Assembly: GCA_030704615.1 (NCBI GenBank)
Contig: CM060731.1
Coordinates: 44,826,001-44,890,000, forward strand
DNA: 64,000 nucleotides
Source of the DNA: Takakia lepidozioides
Taxonomy: Eukaryota; Plantae; Bryophyta
Direction: 5' to 3'
The position numbers and the translations under genes were made by a program. The notes below the pieces were generated by a model. The model saw only the letters and a program-made list of their open reading frames with translations. It was not told where the DNA came from and searched no databases. This document shows, piece after piece, positions 51,701-64,000 of this stretch; the first letter of the stretch is position 1; each line of letters opens with the position of its first letter.

Positions 51701-54239
51701 GCAAATCTCCTTTCAGTTTTCGTGTACTATCCATGGGGGTTTGAGTGTTACCTCTGATCGATAAGGTCAGACGATTTGACGTCTGATCAGACGATCTCAC
51801 ACCGACAACTTTCTTTGTTGTCAGGTTTCAAGACAACTCTGAGCTGTGCGGGTATCCAACACCAAAAAAATGTGATTCAACAGTGCGAACAAGAAATCCA
51901 GTCAGTACGAATTTGAGTACAGCAGATGCACCTCCTCCCGTGGGTAATTTCCCTCCCAAATTCTTCTGTAGCTTTCATGTCGTTCTTAGGAGCTGTTCGG
52001 ATGTGGCTGTGTTACCATTTGTGCATGTCAATTTTCCAAGTTATCCTTCCTATCCGAGACACTGATGATTCACAGGAGCCCTAGCGATTTTCCATGTGTA
52101 TATTATAACGAGGAGTTCGATGATTGTTTCCACTCTGAAATTTGTACAGGTTTTCCCTTACTCAAAGGACGGACTGCTGCTAAGCGAGCATCCATCAGCC
52201 TGGGTGCGATCCTCACCATCTGCATCTGTGCTTTCCTGGCTTCCAAGTTTGTCTTGGGCCTTTTGTGCTATTGGCGATGGTCCAAGCTGCACAGTACTTG
52301 TGACATCAAATTGTCTGGTAAGATGTCTAGCCCATTAAGGATAGCTATGAGAGGAAGTCCGAATTGTTAGAGACGAATTAGCATTTGCCCTCTGAAGCAA
52401 TTTCTATGACTTGGTTAGCGCTCCCAATCTGTAAAATTTATAGAATTTTCTCATTATCTCTCGCATATACATGGTATCTAATAGATTGGTTTTGAGGTTT
52501 CCATACACCATTTTTTATCATCTGGACCCTCTTAAAGCTTGGGAGGCCAAACAAATGCAGAACAAACTTTATAGCTCTTAGCAGAATCTAAAGGGCCATT
52601 CACTGTATTGAGAATATCCAAGACACCCATTGGACCTATCTGCAGATGTTCATCAATAATGAACTCTCACTCACTTGTGTGCGTTAGTGCAGATGGAAAA
52701 ATGGTGATGTTCCGGCTATCGGGAAAGCCAAATCCTTCACCAAAGATTATGCTGAGACGAATTAGAAAGCTTAGCCACAAGGACATTATTGGAACCGGTG
52801 GCTTCGGCACTGTGTACAAACTAGTGCTGGATGACAAGTCTGCATTTGCAGTGAAGAAGCTGCTTAGGGGAGTCCAAGAAAGTGACCGTGGGTTTGAACG
52901 AGAGCTGGAGACTTTGGCTGATATCAAGCACCGTAACTTGGTTACTTTGCGCGGATATTACAGTGCTCCTCAGGTCAACATTCTTGTGTATGACTTAATG
53001 GAGAATGGAAATCTGGACACAATGTTGCATGGTATACATACTCTCTGTTCCTCCCCTTTTTATCCTCTTACATGTGTTTGCCTCCTTCTCAAGGTATGGT
53101 GCATGTATTAGCAAAGCAGCAGCTTGTACCTCATCCAAGCTACTGAGTTTTTCTCCCTTTTTATGTTGCAAGCAACCTACCCTCAAAGCTGATGATCAAA
53201 CTATGGTGCAACAACATGCAGCAGATAGAATAGGGGAGCGGGAGACTCTGGATTGGCCAGTGCGGGTCAATATTGCACTTGCAAGTGCTCGAGGCCTAGC
53301 ATATCTGCACCACGATTGCATCCCCCACATCATTCACCGAGACATCAAATCCAGCAATATTCTACTGGATGAGGGCCTTGAGGCCCACGTTTCAGATTTT
53401 GGGCTAGCAAAGCTAATCAGCCCACAAGCAACTCATGTGACCACAATTATTGCCGGAACGCTTGGTTATTTACCTCCAGGTGAGAGGGAGAGATGAACAA
53501 AAATTATCGGTGTTGCCATCTGGTTGTTGCTGTTTATGCGCTTCCTGCATGGAGTGGGTGAAGTCCTTAGCAGTGGCTACTGCACTTGTTGTGGTTGTCT
53601 TACACATAGTGTAGTCTCTTTTCTTTATTTTCAGGTGCAAAACATGAGAATGAACTGGACCTCCATGGAGCTTATCATACTAATGTCATTCCATATTTTG
53701 GACTTTCAGAGTACATTCAAACTGGACAGGTAACTGAGAAAGGAGATGTGTACAGTTATGGAGTCGTGCTTTTGGAGCTTCTTACTGGAAAGCGACCCAC
53801 TGAGGAAGGCTTCAAGGACAGTGGCATTAATATGGTTCAGTGGGTAAGATCTACATTGGTGCAATTATTGATCAAAAGCTCATCAAATCATATAGAAGAT
53901 GCATGTCTCTTCTTCTCTAATTGTGTCCTCATGTTATGCACTCACATCTTTCTTGCATATTGTCTTCAGGCGAAGAATCTTCAGGATGGGAATCAACCAG
54001 AAGAGATCTTTGATTTAGACATTCTTGGCACATGCCCTGATGAGGAGCTATTGAAAGCTCTGGACATAGCATTCCAATGCTTGAATTCAGACCCAATGTT
54101 CCGACCCAGCATGCTCCAAGTGGTCAAAATGCTCGAGACAGTACACTGTACCGGCAGGGTCAGTGAAAGCGGCAGCCGGAATAGCCTAAGCAGCACTCAG
54201 AGCACATTCAGTGGTGCTTCCAGCTTGCAGCTGTGGTAG
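48707..54239 (+). CDS. LRR receptor-like Ser/Thr kinase (FEI/LRR-XIII-type exon structure; kinase similar to At1g78530)
   Basis: Signal exon 48707-48812; LRRNT exon 49428-49560 ([17 protein letters not shown]); five 72/75-bp LRR exons (50342, 50540, 50857, 51166, 51435); 51825-51943; TM exon 52150-52317; kinase exons 52693-53031, 53225-53479, 53710-53843, 53970-54239 with [37 protein letters not shown]. Confidence 0.93.
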
Positions 54240-55366
54240 CACTACCAAGTAGCACAAGCTCAAATCCAAACTCCTTATTGTTTCGTTCGATGAGCTATAT
54301 CTAGCCTTTTTCCCAACAGAAACCACCATGTTTTTTGCACCAGCTGGTAATTTTCTAAGGAGGTTGGTTGCCTTCACATGGTTTGACCAAAGTAGGAATT
54401 GGGTCTTCCAGGTGAAAAATGAGGACCCCTTCTCATGAGCTTTTCTGTTGTTCTAAACCAATCTTAGCTTTTGATTTATCTGAAACAGCCTAGGATGGTG
54501 CCCTTTTACCTGTATCATACTTGACTGTACAAAGTTTCAGAAATTGAGGTGCACCAGACTGTGTTTGCCTTTTCCAGTAGCAACTTGCAGGAAGTTATTG
54601 TTCTCCAAGCTGTCATGCATCCAATCCTTCTGGTAATGCCAGTGAGGCATGGAAATAGGAAGTACAAGTGGCACTTTCGTTCTCTGAATGTTTTCAGCAA
54701 CTGGAAGCACAACCAGCATTCTTGGGTAAGTAGACCATGTACATTTGGAACAAGTCTTCTTATAACGTGCAAATGGCAAGCCGTTGCAGAAAATGGCTGT
54801 GGAGAGAGTGCTCTAGTAGACATTAAACTGCACATGTAGATATCAAACTGGGGAAGGCAAACTTGTCAACCACCCAAGCTATGTATGTAATGCTCTATCT
54901 GAAATCATCCAACAACGAGGAGCATATCATTCCACAGTTGGGTATAACCTAAAAGACGATGTCAGATTCCTAAACCTTCCTTCCATGCTCTTGGTGGGAA
55001 AGGAAATGCAAAGTAACACTCCCTCCAACCTTTGCAGAACAACAGAAAAGAAGGTATACCACAAGTTGAAGCAAACAAAGATTCCAGTTTTGCTTGGGCT
55101 GCTCTGTCCATACAGAGCCATATAATCTCTCTCATACGTGAATGTGAACAGTACAAGTTAAAAACTCAAGAACTGAAGGAATTTCAAAAATTGGAATATA
55201 AGAAACATCTGTTCCTCCATCAATTCATACTCAGCCACCTCTAGCAGCATGATTTGCAAACCTTCAGCCACACTTACCCTGCAAGGACCGATGGAAAAAC
55301 TAACTTGTAACCAGTACCAGCATGACCCCGTGCTCAAACAGCAGCTCAAAACAGAACATGAACTTA

Positions 55367-56329
<963 letters not shown>

Positions 56330-56417
56330 TGCTGCTCCCTCTCAGCGGAGCGGCCTCCCTCAGCTCACACACTGTCGAGGTCAAAAGGAGCGAGACGACC
56401 TCCCTCGCCGCTCTTGT

Positions 56418-56426
56418 AAACCCTAA
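56418..56426. promoter_or_regulatory. Telo-box AAACCCTAA upstream of RPL8
   Basis: Exact motif ~90 bp 5' of the RPL8 ATG; telo-boxes are typical of plant ribosomal-protein gene promoters and 5' UTRs. Confidence 0.7.
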
Positions 56427-56573
56427 CCTGCCCTAGGGCTGCTCGCTGTCCCTGTGTCCCTGTCCCACCGCGTGTTGTGTTGTCCCACCGATCTACGGTG
56501 TCCCCGCTCTGGGACTCCACGTCTATACACCGTATGTATTGTTTTCGGGTGGAATGCCCTGTATTTTCAGGTA

Positions 56574-57079
56574 CCGTAGTGGGATAGCCGGTTAGGCAGA
56601 AATTAATTCGGAAAAACAAATCTTATTAATAAAAATAAATTATTTTTAAAAAGAGTGACTAATATTAAAAAATTATCTTCAAAGAGTGCCTCATTTTCAA
56701 AAATTTCTCTAAAAGTGCCTATGGTATAAAAACTTGAATTTAAATTAGAAAAATAAAATTATGAAAACTAAAAATGATATCCATTTAAAATGATATTCAA
56801 TTAAAACATCATCCATGGACTCAGTTTTCAGTTTTCATCCACGGCAGCGGCTGAGTTTTCATTTAAAACATCATCCATGGACTCAGTTTTCAGTTTTCAT
56901 CCATGGCAGCAGCTGTCTTTTTACATTTTCGTGTTTTCATTTTGTGATCACTATTTTTAGTTGCCTAATTTGAAAAAATTACACATCCAAGATGCCTAAT
57001 TTTAAAAAAAATCCCCAAAGTGCCTAACTGCCAAATGGCCCCAAAAATAATTATTGATTAGGCGGCTATCCCACTACGG
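56574..57079. mobile_element. Tc1/mariner-type (TA-target) MITE between the divergent RPL8 and TIM50 genes
   Basis: Perfect inverted repeat TA|CCGTAGTGGGATAGCCG ... CGGCTATCCCACTACGG|TA; AT-rich interior with a 62-bp tandem duplication (56801 and 56863). Confidence 0.85.
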
Positions 57080-57426
57080 TATTCAAAACCAAACAGAAAT
57101 AAAAATTAATAAAATAACGAGCGAAGAAAACTTCACAAACGACGGGCAGTTGGGGCATGAGAACTCAAGGCTTAAGAAAAAAACAAAACAAAAAAAAAAA
57201 ACTCAAGGAGGATGGGAACTTGTGGGAAGCATCACAATTTTCTTCGGGCAGATTGTAATTTCCCCGCAGTTCAGAGATTTCTGCCCGCGGGCATCGTCTC
57301 TCTCCACAATCGTCTCTTCTCTCTCCCCTTGTTCTCCTCTTTTTCGTGCGCTGTTGATCCGCTTCAGCTTGGGCTGGATGATCGATTCGAGAAGACATGC
57401 CGCCAACAGTGGGGCACAGTGGGGGA

Positions 57427-60400
57427 ATGATCGAGAAACTGCGGCACCTGCCTGCTCTGGCGCCGCCCAAGCTGATAGCTGTATTGCGGGAAGCTCACAC
57501 GCAGATTCCTGCAGCTTCGCTCTCATCGCTTGCATCGTCGTCGTCGTCGGCCTCGGATGCTGCTGCAGGCCCCGAAGCGGCTCAGAGGAAAGACAAAGGG
57601 ATGTGGAGGCTTGTCAAGGCTGGCCTTCTTGTGGGTTCTACTACTGCCATTGCCGGTGCAGCTTATGTCTCATACGGTGGGTGTCCTACCACTTTCCGTT
57701 TTTCCCAAAGGAGTAGAAGAAGGAAGTGTTCTAGAATGTGGCAAATAGCGGTGATCTTCACGTTGTGATATCATGCGCATATTGGGATGCTCTCTCCTAA
57801 GGTTGTTCTCACTGTTTCATTTTTGCGTGAAATTCCTCTTTCAGTCAAGTAATTCTGGCCTACTCCACTGCGAGGGGGACATTCTTTCATTAAATTACAG
57901 TCCTGATTATAGGATGCCTTCGCCCCTGTCCTTTCCTTCTTTGGAATTTAAGTGGCTTAGCAGTCACCTCTAGTCTCTCCAACCTTCTCGTTCAGAAATT
58001 TCGAAATAAATCTGCCATCCCATTTCTGTCTTCAGTCCGTGATGTCGCAAATATTGGCACAAATCATGAAGTTTCTAGACGTTGGCAAACCAGCTACAAA
58101 AATTTTGTCCATAACTTTCAAGGCAGCTTTGTGTCGTATGGAAACCCAATTTCCCGTCCCTCATGGGCTGGAATAGGTATGCAGTCCTAAAGCTTTTCTT
58201 TGTTCCAGCCGTACATTGGCATGTCTCCCGGGCCCCTCTCTTAAGATCTGCTCTGTGTGTTTAGATTTATGCATGCCGTAGGTCCTACTTTCCGCCTTTT
58301 ATGTCTGGTGTTGCTTGTCCTCATGAGCTTGTGGTAAACTCACAAGCTGTGACCTCTAATCTCTTTTTTTACTTATGGCCTGTTTTACATACCATCTTGG
58401 CAATTTACGCAGCCTCATAGGATTAGAACACTATGTCCCTTAGGCTCTGCTACAGGCAGGACACTATGTCCACAATGTTGGCCACCCGCGCGATGCTGAC
58501 GATTGAGCCACAAGTTTGATGGCATTGCTGGTGGGTCTCACTGTCTAGGATTACCTTCACCATTAGCCTATCTAAATTGCATTTACGATGATTGAGTAGG
58601 CCGCAGTTTCCTAACCTATAGGCTATAGAATAGTTATGATGGATAAAGTATTACTCAATGGGTGCTGTGAATGAGGGTGGGTGCAGCATTTGATGTCAAC
58701 CAGTTAGATAGTAAAGTTGCAGCTTTGAGGTCTTCAACGAACGTTGGGACCTCTGAAGATATGAGCCTTTTGGATGTAAGTTCCTCTCTTGTGATTCTCT
58801 CATTCGTTGTAAATCTGTCTCAGGTTTCAATTGTTCTGAGAGCAAATTTTGTTTTTCTGTAAATTAGCATGCAGCTTATTGTTGAGCATGGATGGGCACT
58901 TACTCTACTGCATACTGTTATTTTGGAGCTAATTGCATTCTATTCCATTCTAGTGTGTGTTTGATGCCAAAATGGCAATGTCATTATGCCCCCGCGTGCA
59001 AATCTTTTCCTTGGACAAGACGGTAACTTGTTGGGAGGCAACTGCACAGTATGTTGATTATTCACTTGTCCTCACCTCGTTGCCGTGTCACACAAAAACT
59101 AGAATGATGAGTCTTTCAAATCTTTCCACAAGGAGGTTTTCTTAGTTGACCAAGTTGGGCATTCCCCATTTCTCCCCATCCTGCACCTCAGGTCCTTCAC
59201 AAGGTCTCTGGTCCCTCTGCAACCCCCATAAATCCTACTACACCTGTAGTGCTTACGTGGAAGCACATTAGCAATTTCGTCCTTGTGTGTTTGGAAACAT
59301 GGGAACTCCAGCAAGGCACGCATAGCAGAATCCTGGACAACATCATGGTCAACGATCCTTGTGGGTGGGTATTAAAATGGAAGAAGGGATGGGTGTGCAG
59401 AGGATTCGCAGGGTGGTGTATATGACAACACTCAATGGTGTGTTTCTCTTTCCCTGCCAATCATGGAAACTAAGATGTAGCTTTCAAATACCCAAGGCTT
59501 ATAAGTTTCATCTTTGCTTTTTCTTAAGTAAGGGCAAGGATGCGGGACTTGGTCTCACCCATCTTCACCTGAGCTATGGCTGTTCCTGCAACTCAAAGGA
59601 TCTGAGACCTTAGACAAAAGGCAATTCATGCATCTTCACATGCAGTTGCAGCAAGAACACCTGGGGTTCCAAATCCTATATTTCCTCCCATTTCTTGTCT
59701 GCGGGGTGCAGAGGACCATTCTTTCATGAGTTTGAGTTATTGAAACTTAGGGAGGGTGGTAGAGAACTAGTGCATGTGTCTAGAGAGGAAGTGTCTATTT
59801 CTTTGGATAATATTTGAGACTTGTGTGATGGGGTTGTGTTGAAGAGCAGGGGCAGTCAGTGTGGCAGAAGCATATTTGGACATGCGCAAATCACTGGAAG
59901 ACCAAGTGCGGGTGAGTGAAACTGACTGTGAATGGATGGCTTCCTGCCCCAGTCACATCTATGCATACCCAATGTGTTTAGACACAAGTTCGTTTTGTGT
60001 TGTTGTGGGTACTAGTATGTGCTCATAATGCAACCATGGCTCAATTCTTGTTTGCAGGTGCCATGAATTTGATATATATGTCAGGTTGTCATCCAGTGGC
60101 CTGTACAAAACTGGGTTCTTTGCAAAACAGCATGCTTTATACAAACTGCTGTCTAAACTTTTGAGTGTAGCCTGTGTTTGGGATGTGAGGGAAGTGCTGA
60201 GCATGTATGTTGGCTACGTGGCAGGGTTTTTCAGCCCCATCCTCAAACAAACTCTTGCCCGACTTGCCTCCTCATGAACAACACGTTTTCACACTCATTT
60301 TGGACCTGAATGAAACACTTGTTTATTCTGATTGGAAGGTATGTGTTACTTCCCTTCACACTCATTTTGGACCTGAATGAAACACTTGTTTATTCTGATT

Positions 60401-62571
60401 GGAAGGTATGTGTTACTTCCCTCTTGCTGCTGCATTTGACTTCGGCAAATGTAGATAGGTGAGAGCTATGCATGTTTGTTGGACTTTGTTGTTTTCAGTC
60501 ATCTGGTGTTGTCAGTTGAGGTGAGGTAACCTGGCAGACAATTTTGGTATCCTAACTTGTCATTGTTGCATGTGGCTGGGCAGAGAGACAGAGGTTGGCG
60601 CACCTTCAAGCGGCCTGGAGTCGACGCTTTTCTGGAGCAGCTTGCTCAATATTATGAATTGGTGGTCTATTCTGACCAGCTCAGCTTTGTACGTGCCTGC
60701 TTCCTTTGTGCCTGCCTTGAGGCAAATCATGTCAAAAGCTTATTGCCATGGGCATCAATTATGTGCTTGCCAGATGCTGATCCCTGCCTGAGATCGTGAG
60801 CATGTGCTGTGATCTGTGAATGAGTCCATGGTCACCTTTTATGCTGGATATCTTGAACGGCAGGTCTCCCAGGTATAGGTGTTCCGTAAGACATCTTATC
60901 TGGGGATGTAAACCCCCTGTTCTTTTCTGGTTGGACAACTTGTGCTGTTATTGGATATAAGTGATGGTTAGGTTGTGTTGGATGGCAGTATGTGGAACCA
61001 GTACTAGAGAAACTTGACCAGAAGGGTTATATCAGATATCGGCTCTCAAGGGACGCTACACAGTACATCCATGGAAAACACCTCCGAGTAAGCTTTACTT
61101 CACCTACTGTGTTCCTCCCATTTTCCTTGAGATGCTTGCATGAGTGTGAGACAATAGTAAGGCTCAAGGGTACACAGAGCGACTCCCATTTTATCAGCCA
61201 ATTTTTTTGATATACAGACATTTACTATCTAGACTTGCTTATCGCGTCCTGTCCTGGTGCCGCTTTGGAGAGGCACACACAGAATTTACTTATTGATCAT
61301 TCCCTGTGAACATCTCCCAAAGAATGCTCTTAGGCCCATCTGGATCCGCAAGTCTTGACCCTGCTGGATAAATCTGACTTAGAGGCTGTAGTGTCCAAAG
61401 CCATGTCTGTTGCCATGAGATTGTCTGATGAAAATGAAGTTAGGCAGAAAACTTCCCTGAACTTGTTTCCAGTCAGTGTCATGGGGGAGGACATCTTGGA
61501 TGACCTCAAGGGTCTACCCACTCTCGGCACTAGACTGAAATTTAAACTCCGGTAGACATACTTCCTATGGGAATTCAGCCAAGTATGAGACTCTACATGA
61601 TCACCCTAAATAGAGGAGGTTGATTCTAGCACTGCTCTTTGAGCCCCTAGCTTGCAATAGACCCGGTGTCACCGTAGTCACAGTCGTCGCTGTCAGGAAA
61701 AATGGACAGACCAAGGACAGACAGAGATCAAGACATTCAGAAAGCTCTGTTGCAGTGAGGTTGAAGAAGAGTAGGTGGCAGCTGACCAAAGGGATGGTTA
61801 GCGGGGCAGGATCTGACAAAGCTCAACAGGGATCCAGCGCGGGTCATCTACTTGAGTGGGCATGCTGTGGATTCATGTTTACAGCCTGAGAACGCATTGC
61901 CCATCAAGCCTTGGAAGCTTGAAAATGATGATACTGGCCTTCTAGACCTCCTACCTTTCCTTGAATGTACGTACACCATTCCTGCCTGCCCCCATTTCTG
62001 GCAAACTAGGTCACCAGGACTTGGTGTTTTTCTGTATGGTTGTAGCTGTTGATTTGTAATTCTATTTATGTGGAGATATTTGTGTGCGCCTGTTGCAGTT
62101 GTGGCTCGACAGCGACCCGGAGATATACGGCCAGTGCTAGCATCATATCAAGGTCTGGATATAGCGACAGAATTCCGAGAGCGAACGAAGGAGTACCAAA
62201 GGTCAGAATTATTGTCCTCTCTCTTTGTATATAAAATCTAGTATGCTGAGGCGGCGGGCCATTTCTGAGCTTTTCTGCTATAGTGCAGCCTTGCATAAAT
62301 GTGACTCCAAAACGAAGTATCAGATCAAAACTGTTGGGTTTATGTGGGCGCGTAACACAATCACATGTGTAGATTTGAAGATGTCTTTGGAATTGGATGG
62401 GAGGTGGAAGACAGCTGGCACTGGTTGTGACTCTGGATCAGAAAGTGGGAGAGGCAGGTGGGCCAGAATTTATGATCATGACCTCTGATTGGTTGGTGCA
62501 GACGAACGCAAGAGCGGAAACAACAAAGTCGGCTTTGGAGGGGATCAACCATCAGTCGGCCGAGCTCGTAA
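57427..62571 (+). CDS. TIM50: Mitochondrial import inner membrane translocase subunit TIM50
   Basis: Presequence-like N terminus and one TM; LLPDL, FTLILDLNETLVYSDWK, RGWRTFKRPGVDAFLE, LNRDP, QPENALPIKPW, LLDLLPFLE. Exons 57427-57676, 58687-58775, 59401-59437, 59850-59911, 60225-60338, 60584-60688, 60989-61087, 61810-61966, 62099-62201, 62502-62571; alternative in-frame ATG at 57397. Confidence 0.93.
60288..60421 (+). repeat. Exact 67-bp tandem duplication spanning a TIM50 exon end and its splice donor
   Basis: Units 60288-60354 and 60355-60421 are identical. Confidence 0.95.
61340..61549 (+). mobile_element. Internal fragment of the RTE-like LINE in a TIM50 intron
   Basis: Nearly identical to 1397-1607 (copy C); lacks both element ends. 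Confidence 0.92.
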
Positions 62572-64000
62572 CAGCTCAAGATGGTTTAGCATATTGACTG
62601 AAGCAGTTGTGTCCACCGGGTGTGGAAATGTGAAAAAGCAGGTTCCCCTTCGTGCAAGCCAGGTGAATATTTGTACTGCAAACAAGGGGAATTGAGTCAA
62701 GTACATGGCCCAGTATCTGTACAAAACACACATGCAACAAAAAACTTGCAACCCTGGGATCTCCTACAGGAGCCTTATCAGTTTCCTGTTGTCCCCGCTG
62801 TGCTGTCATTTTGAGCTTCACGGCAGTCTTGGATACAGAGATCCAAAGGGCTCGTTTGGACAGGATGGAGGGAGAGCTTAATCGAGCGTATTGAGAAGAC
62901 TATAAAGGTGAGGACAGTAGGGACTTGTTGTGTTCCAAAGCCCTCTAAAGCATTTGTCGGTCAATCTAATAGTGGTAGAACCATGTAGCATAGACCCTTC
63001 TATAGTAAGCAGTCATGCCAGGGTATGTTAGGGATCTCCCAATTTTCAGATCTTTTGCTGGCACTATCATGTCTATGGATGGATTGACTTTATCAACATT
63101 TCAGGTGAGCCTAAAGATTGTTTGCTACCGATGTGTTCGATTACAAAATTCAACTATATCTGCTGAAATAGACTACCCAACAGCCTTGGCCAGGTCCAGT
63201 AGAAGACTGCTCAAATACCTTGAGTAAGAGCAATGACAGCACTTCGTTATTGGATTTAAGAACGGACTTGTAAGTGACAGGTAGCCATCATCTTCTGAGA
63301 AGATTGTGACGCATTGGAGGTCCATCATTGGTTCATGTTGTGTGCATTAATTTTGGGTGCACCACCCAAATTGGAGGCAACCTTACTACCTCGAACTTGG
63401 GATATGGGCTCTCTATTTTCACACATGTAATGTAAGAAGTAAGAAGTAAGAACCTCCCCACAAATTGTGCCTAGTCTATGCCTCAACACCCTTCTTATGA
63501 TATGGCCAAATCCAATTGGTCTACATCAGTATGGGGCTCCTGGACCTGTTTAGGAGACATTGTGAAGTGCCCTGTGCCCATCATCCTTACCCTGTTGTCC
63601 ATGTGTTGCGATCCTCTTCTTCCTTCTATGATCTCACTGGAAAACTCAAAAATGGAATAGAGAATAGAGGCACTTTACAATAGTGATGAAGCGTAGAGGC
63701 ATTTGATAACATTACACCCCAAAGTTGTACCTTTATTTGGATAGAGCCCTGGGCTGTGGTGTCAAGAGACCCCAAGTTTCTGGAGCAAAAACAGAAACTT
63801 GAAAGAAAATTTGGAGACAAGGGCAAGACGCACATCATTGTCAGAGTTCTGGAAAACATAAGGCACAAATGCCCTCATCACCTGCAAATGTATTACGATG
63901 TTTCATGGGTACATTGACAAAAAGAATACAAGTCGCTCCCAGGTGTTTCCCTTTTCAAAACAAAATAATAAAAAAAATACAAATGATTAGTTTAAGTTCA

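Noticed and set aside
60303-60317. DLNET in place of the DxDxT phosphatase motif in TIM50
   Set aside because: Normal for plant TIM50 proteins; not a novelty

Overview
Eukaryotic, intron-rich plant DNA. A non-seed land plant is inferred from the gene and transposon families and the splice-site style, but the species cannot be identified. Five host genes can be built with GT-AG junctions and consistent phases: the 3' part of an unidentified coiled-coil gene (~2.3/7.4-11.8 kb), an LMBR1/LIMR membrane protein (13.5-19.9 kb), an LRR receptor kinase whose transmembrane and kinase region resembles Arabidopsis At1g78530 (48.7-54.2 kb), ribosomal protein uL2/RPL8 (minus strand, 55.4-56.3 kb) and mitochondrial TIM50 (57.4-62.6 kb). 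The 20-48 kb interval is a transposon graveyard: an internally deleted L1 carrying an LTR-retrotransposon gag fragment, a structured tRNA-derived SINE-like element, two PIF/Harbinger transposase relics, several MITEs and a decayed duplicate of the kinase promoter and first exon. The most striking system is a young RTE/RTE-X-like LINE family with seven pieces in the window. It appears to have one fused ORF with a 47-aa repeat, has no 3' UTR or poly(A), ends in ...TGAGTAC, stacks head-to-tail at TC-rich tracts, and here occurs only on the sense strand in (known or inferred) introns. All assignments come from reading motifs by eye; no database searches were run.
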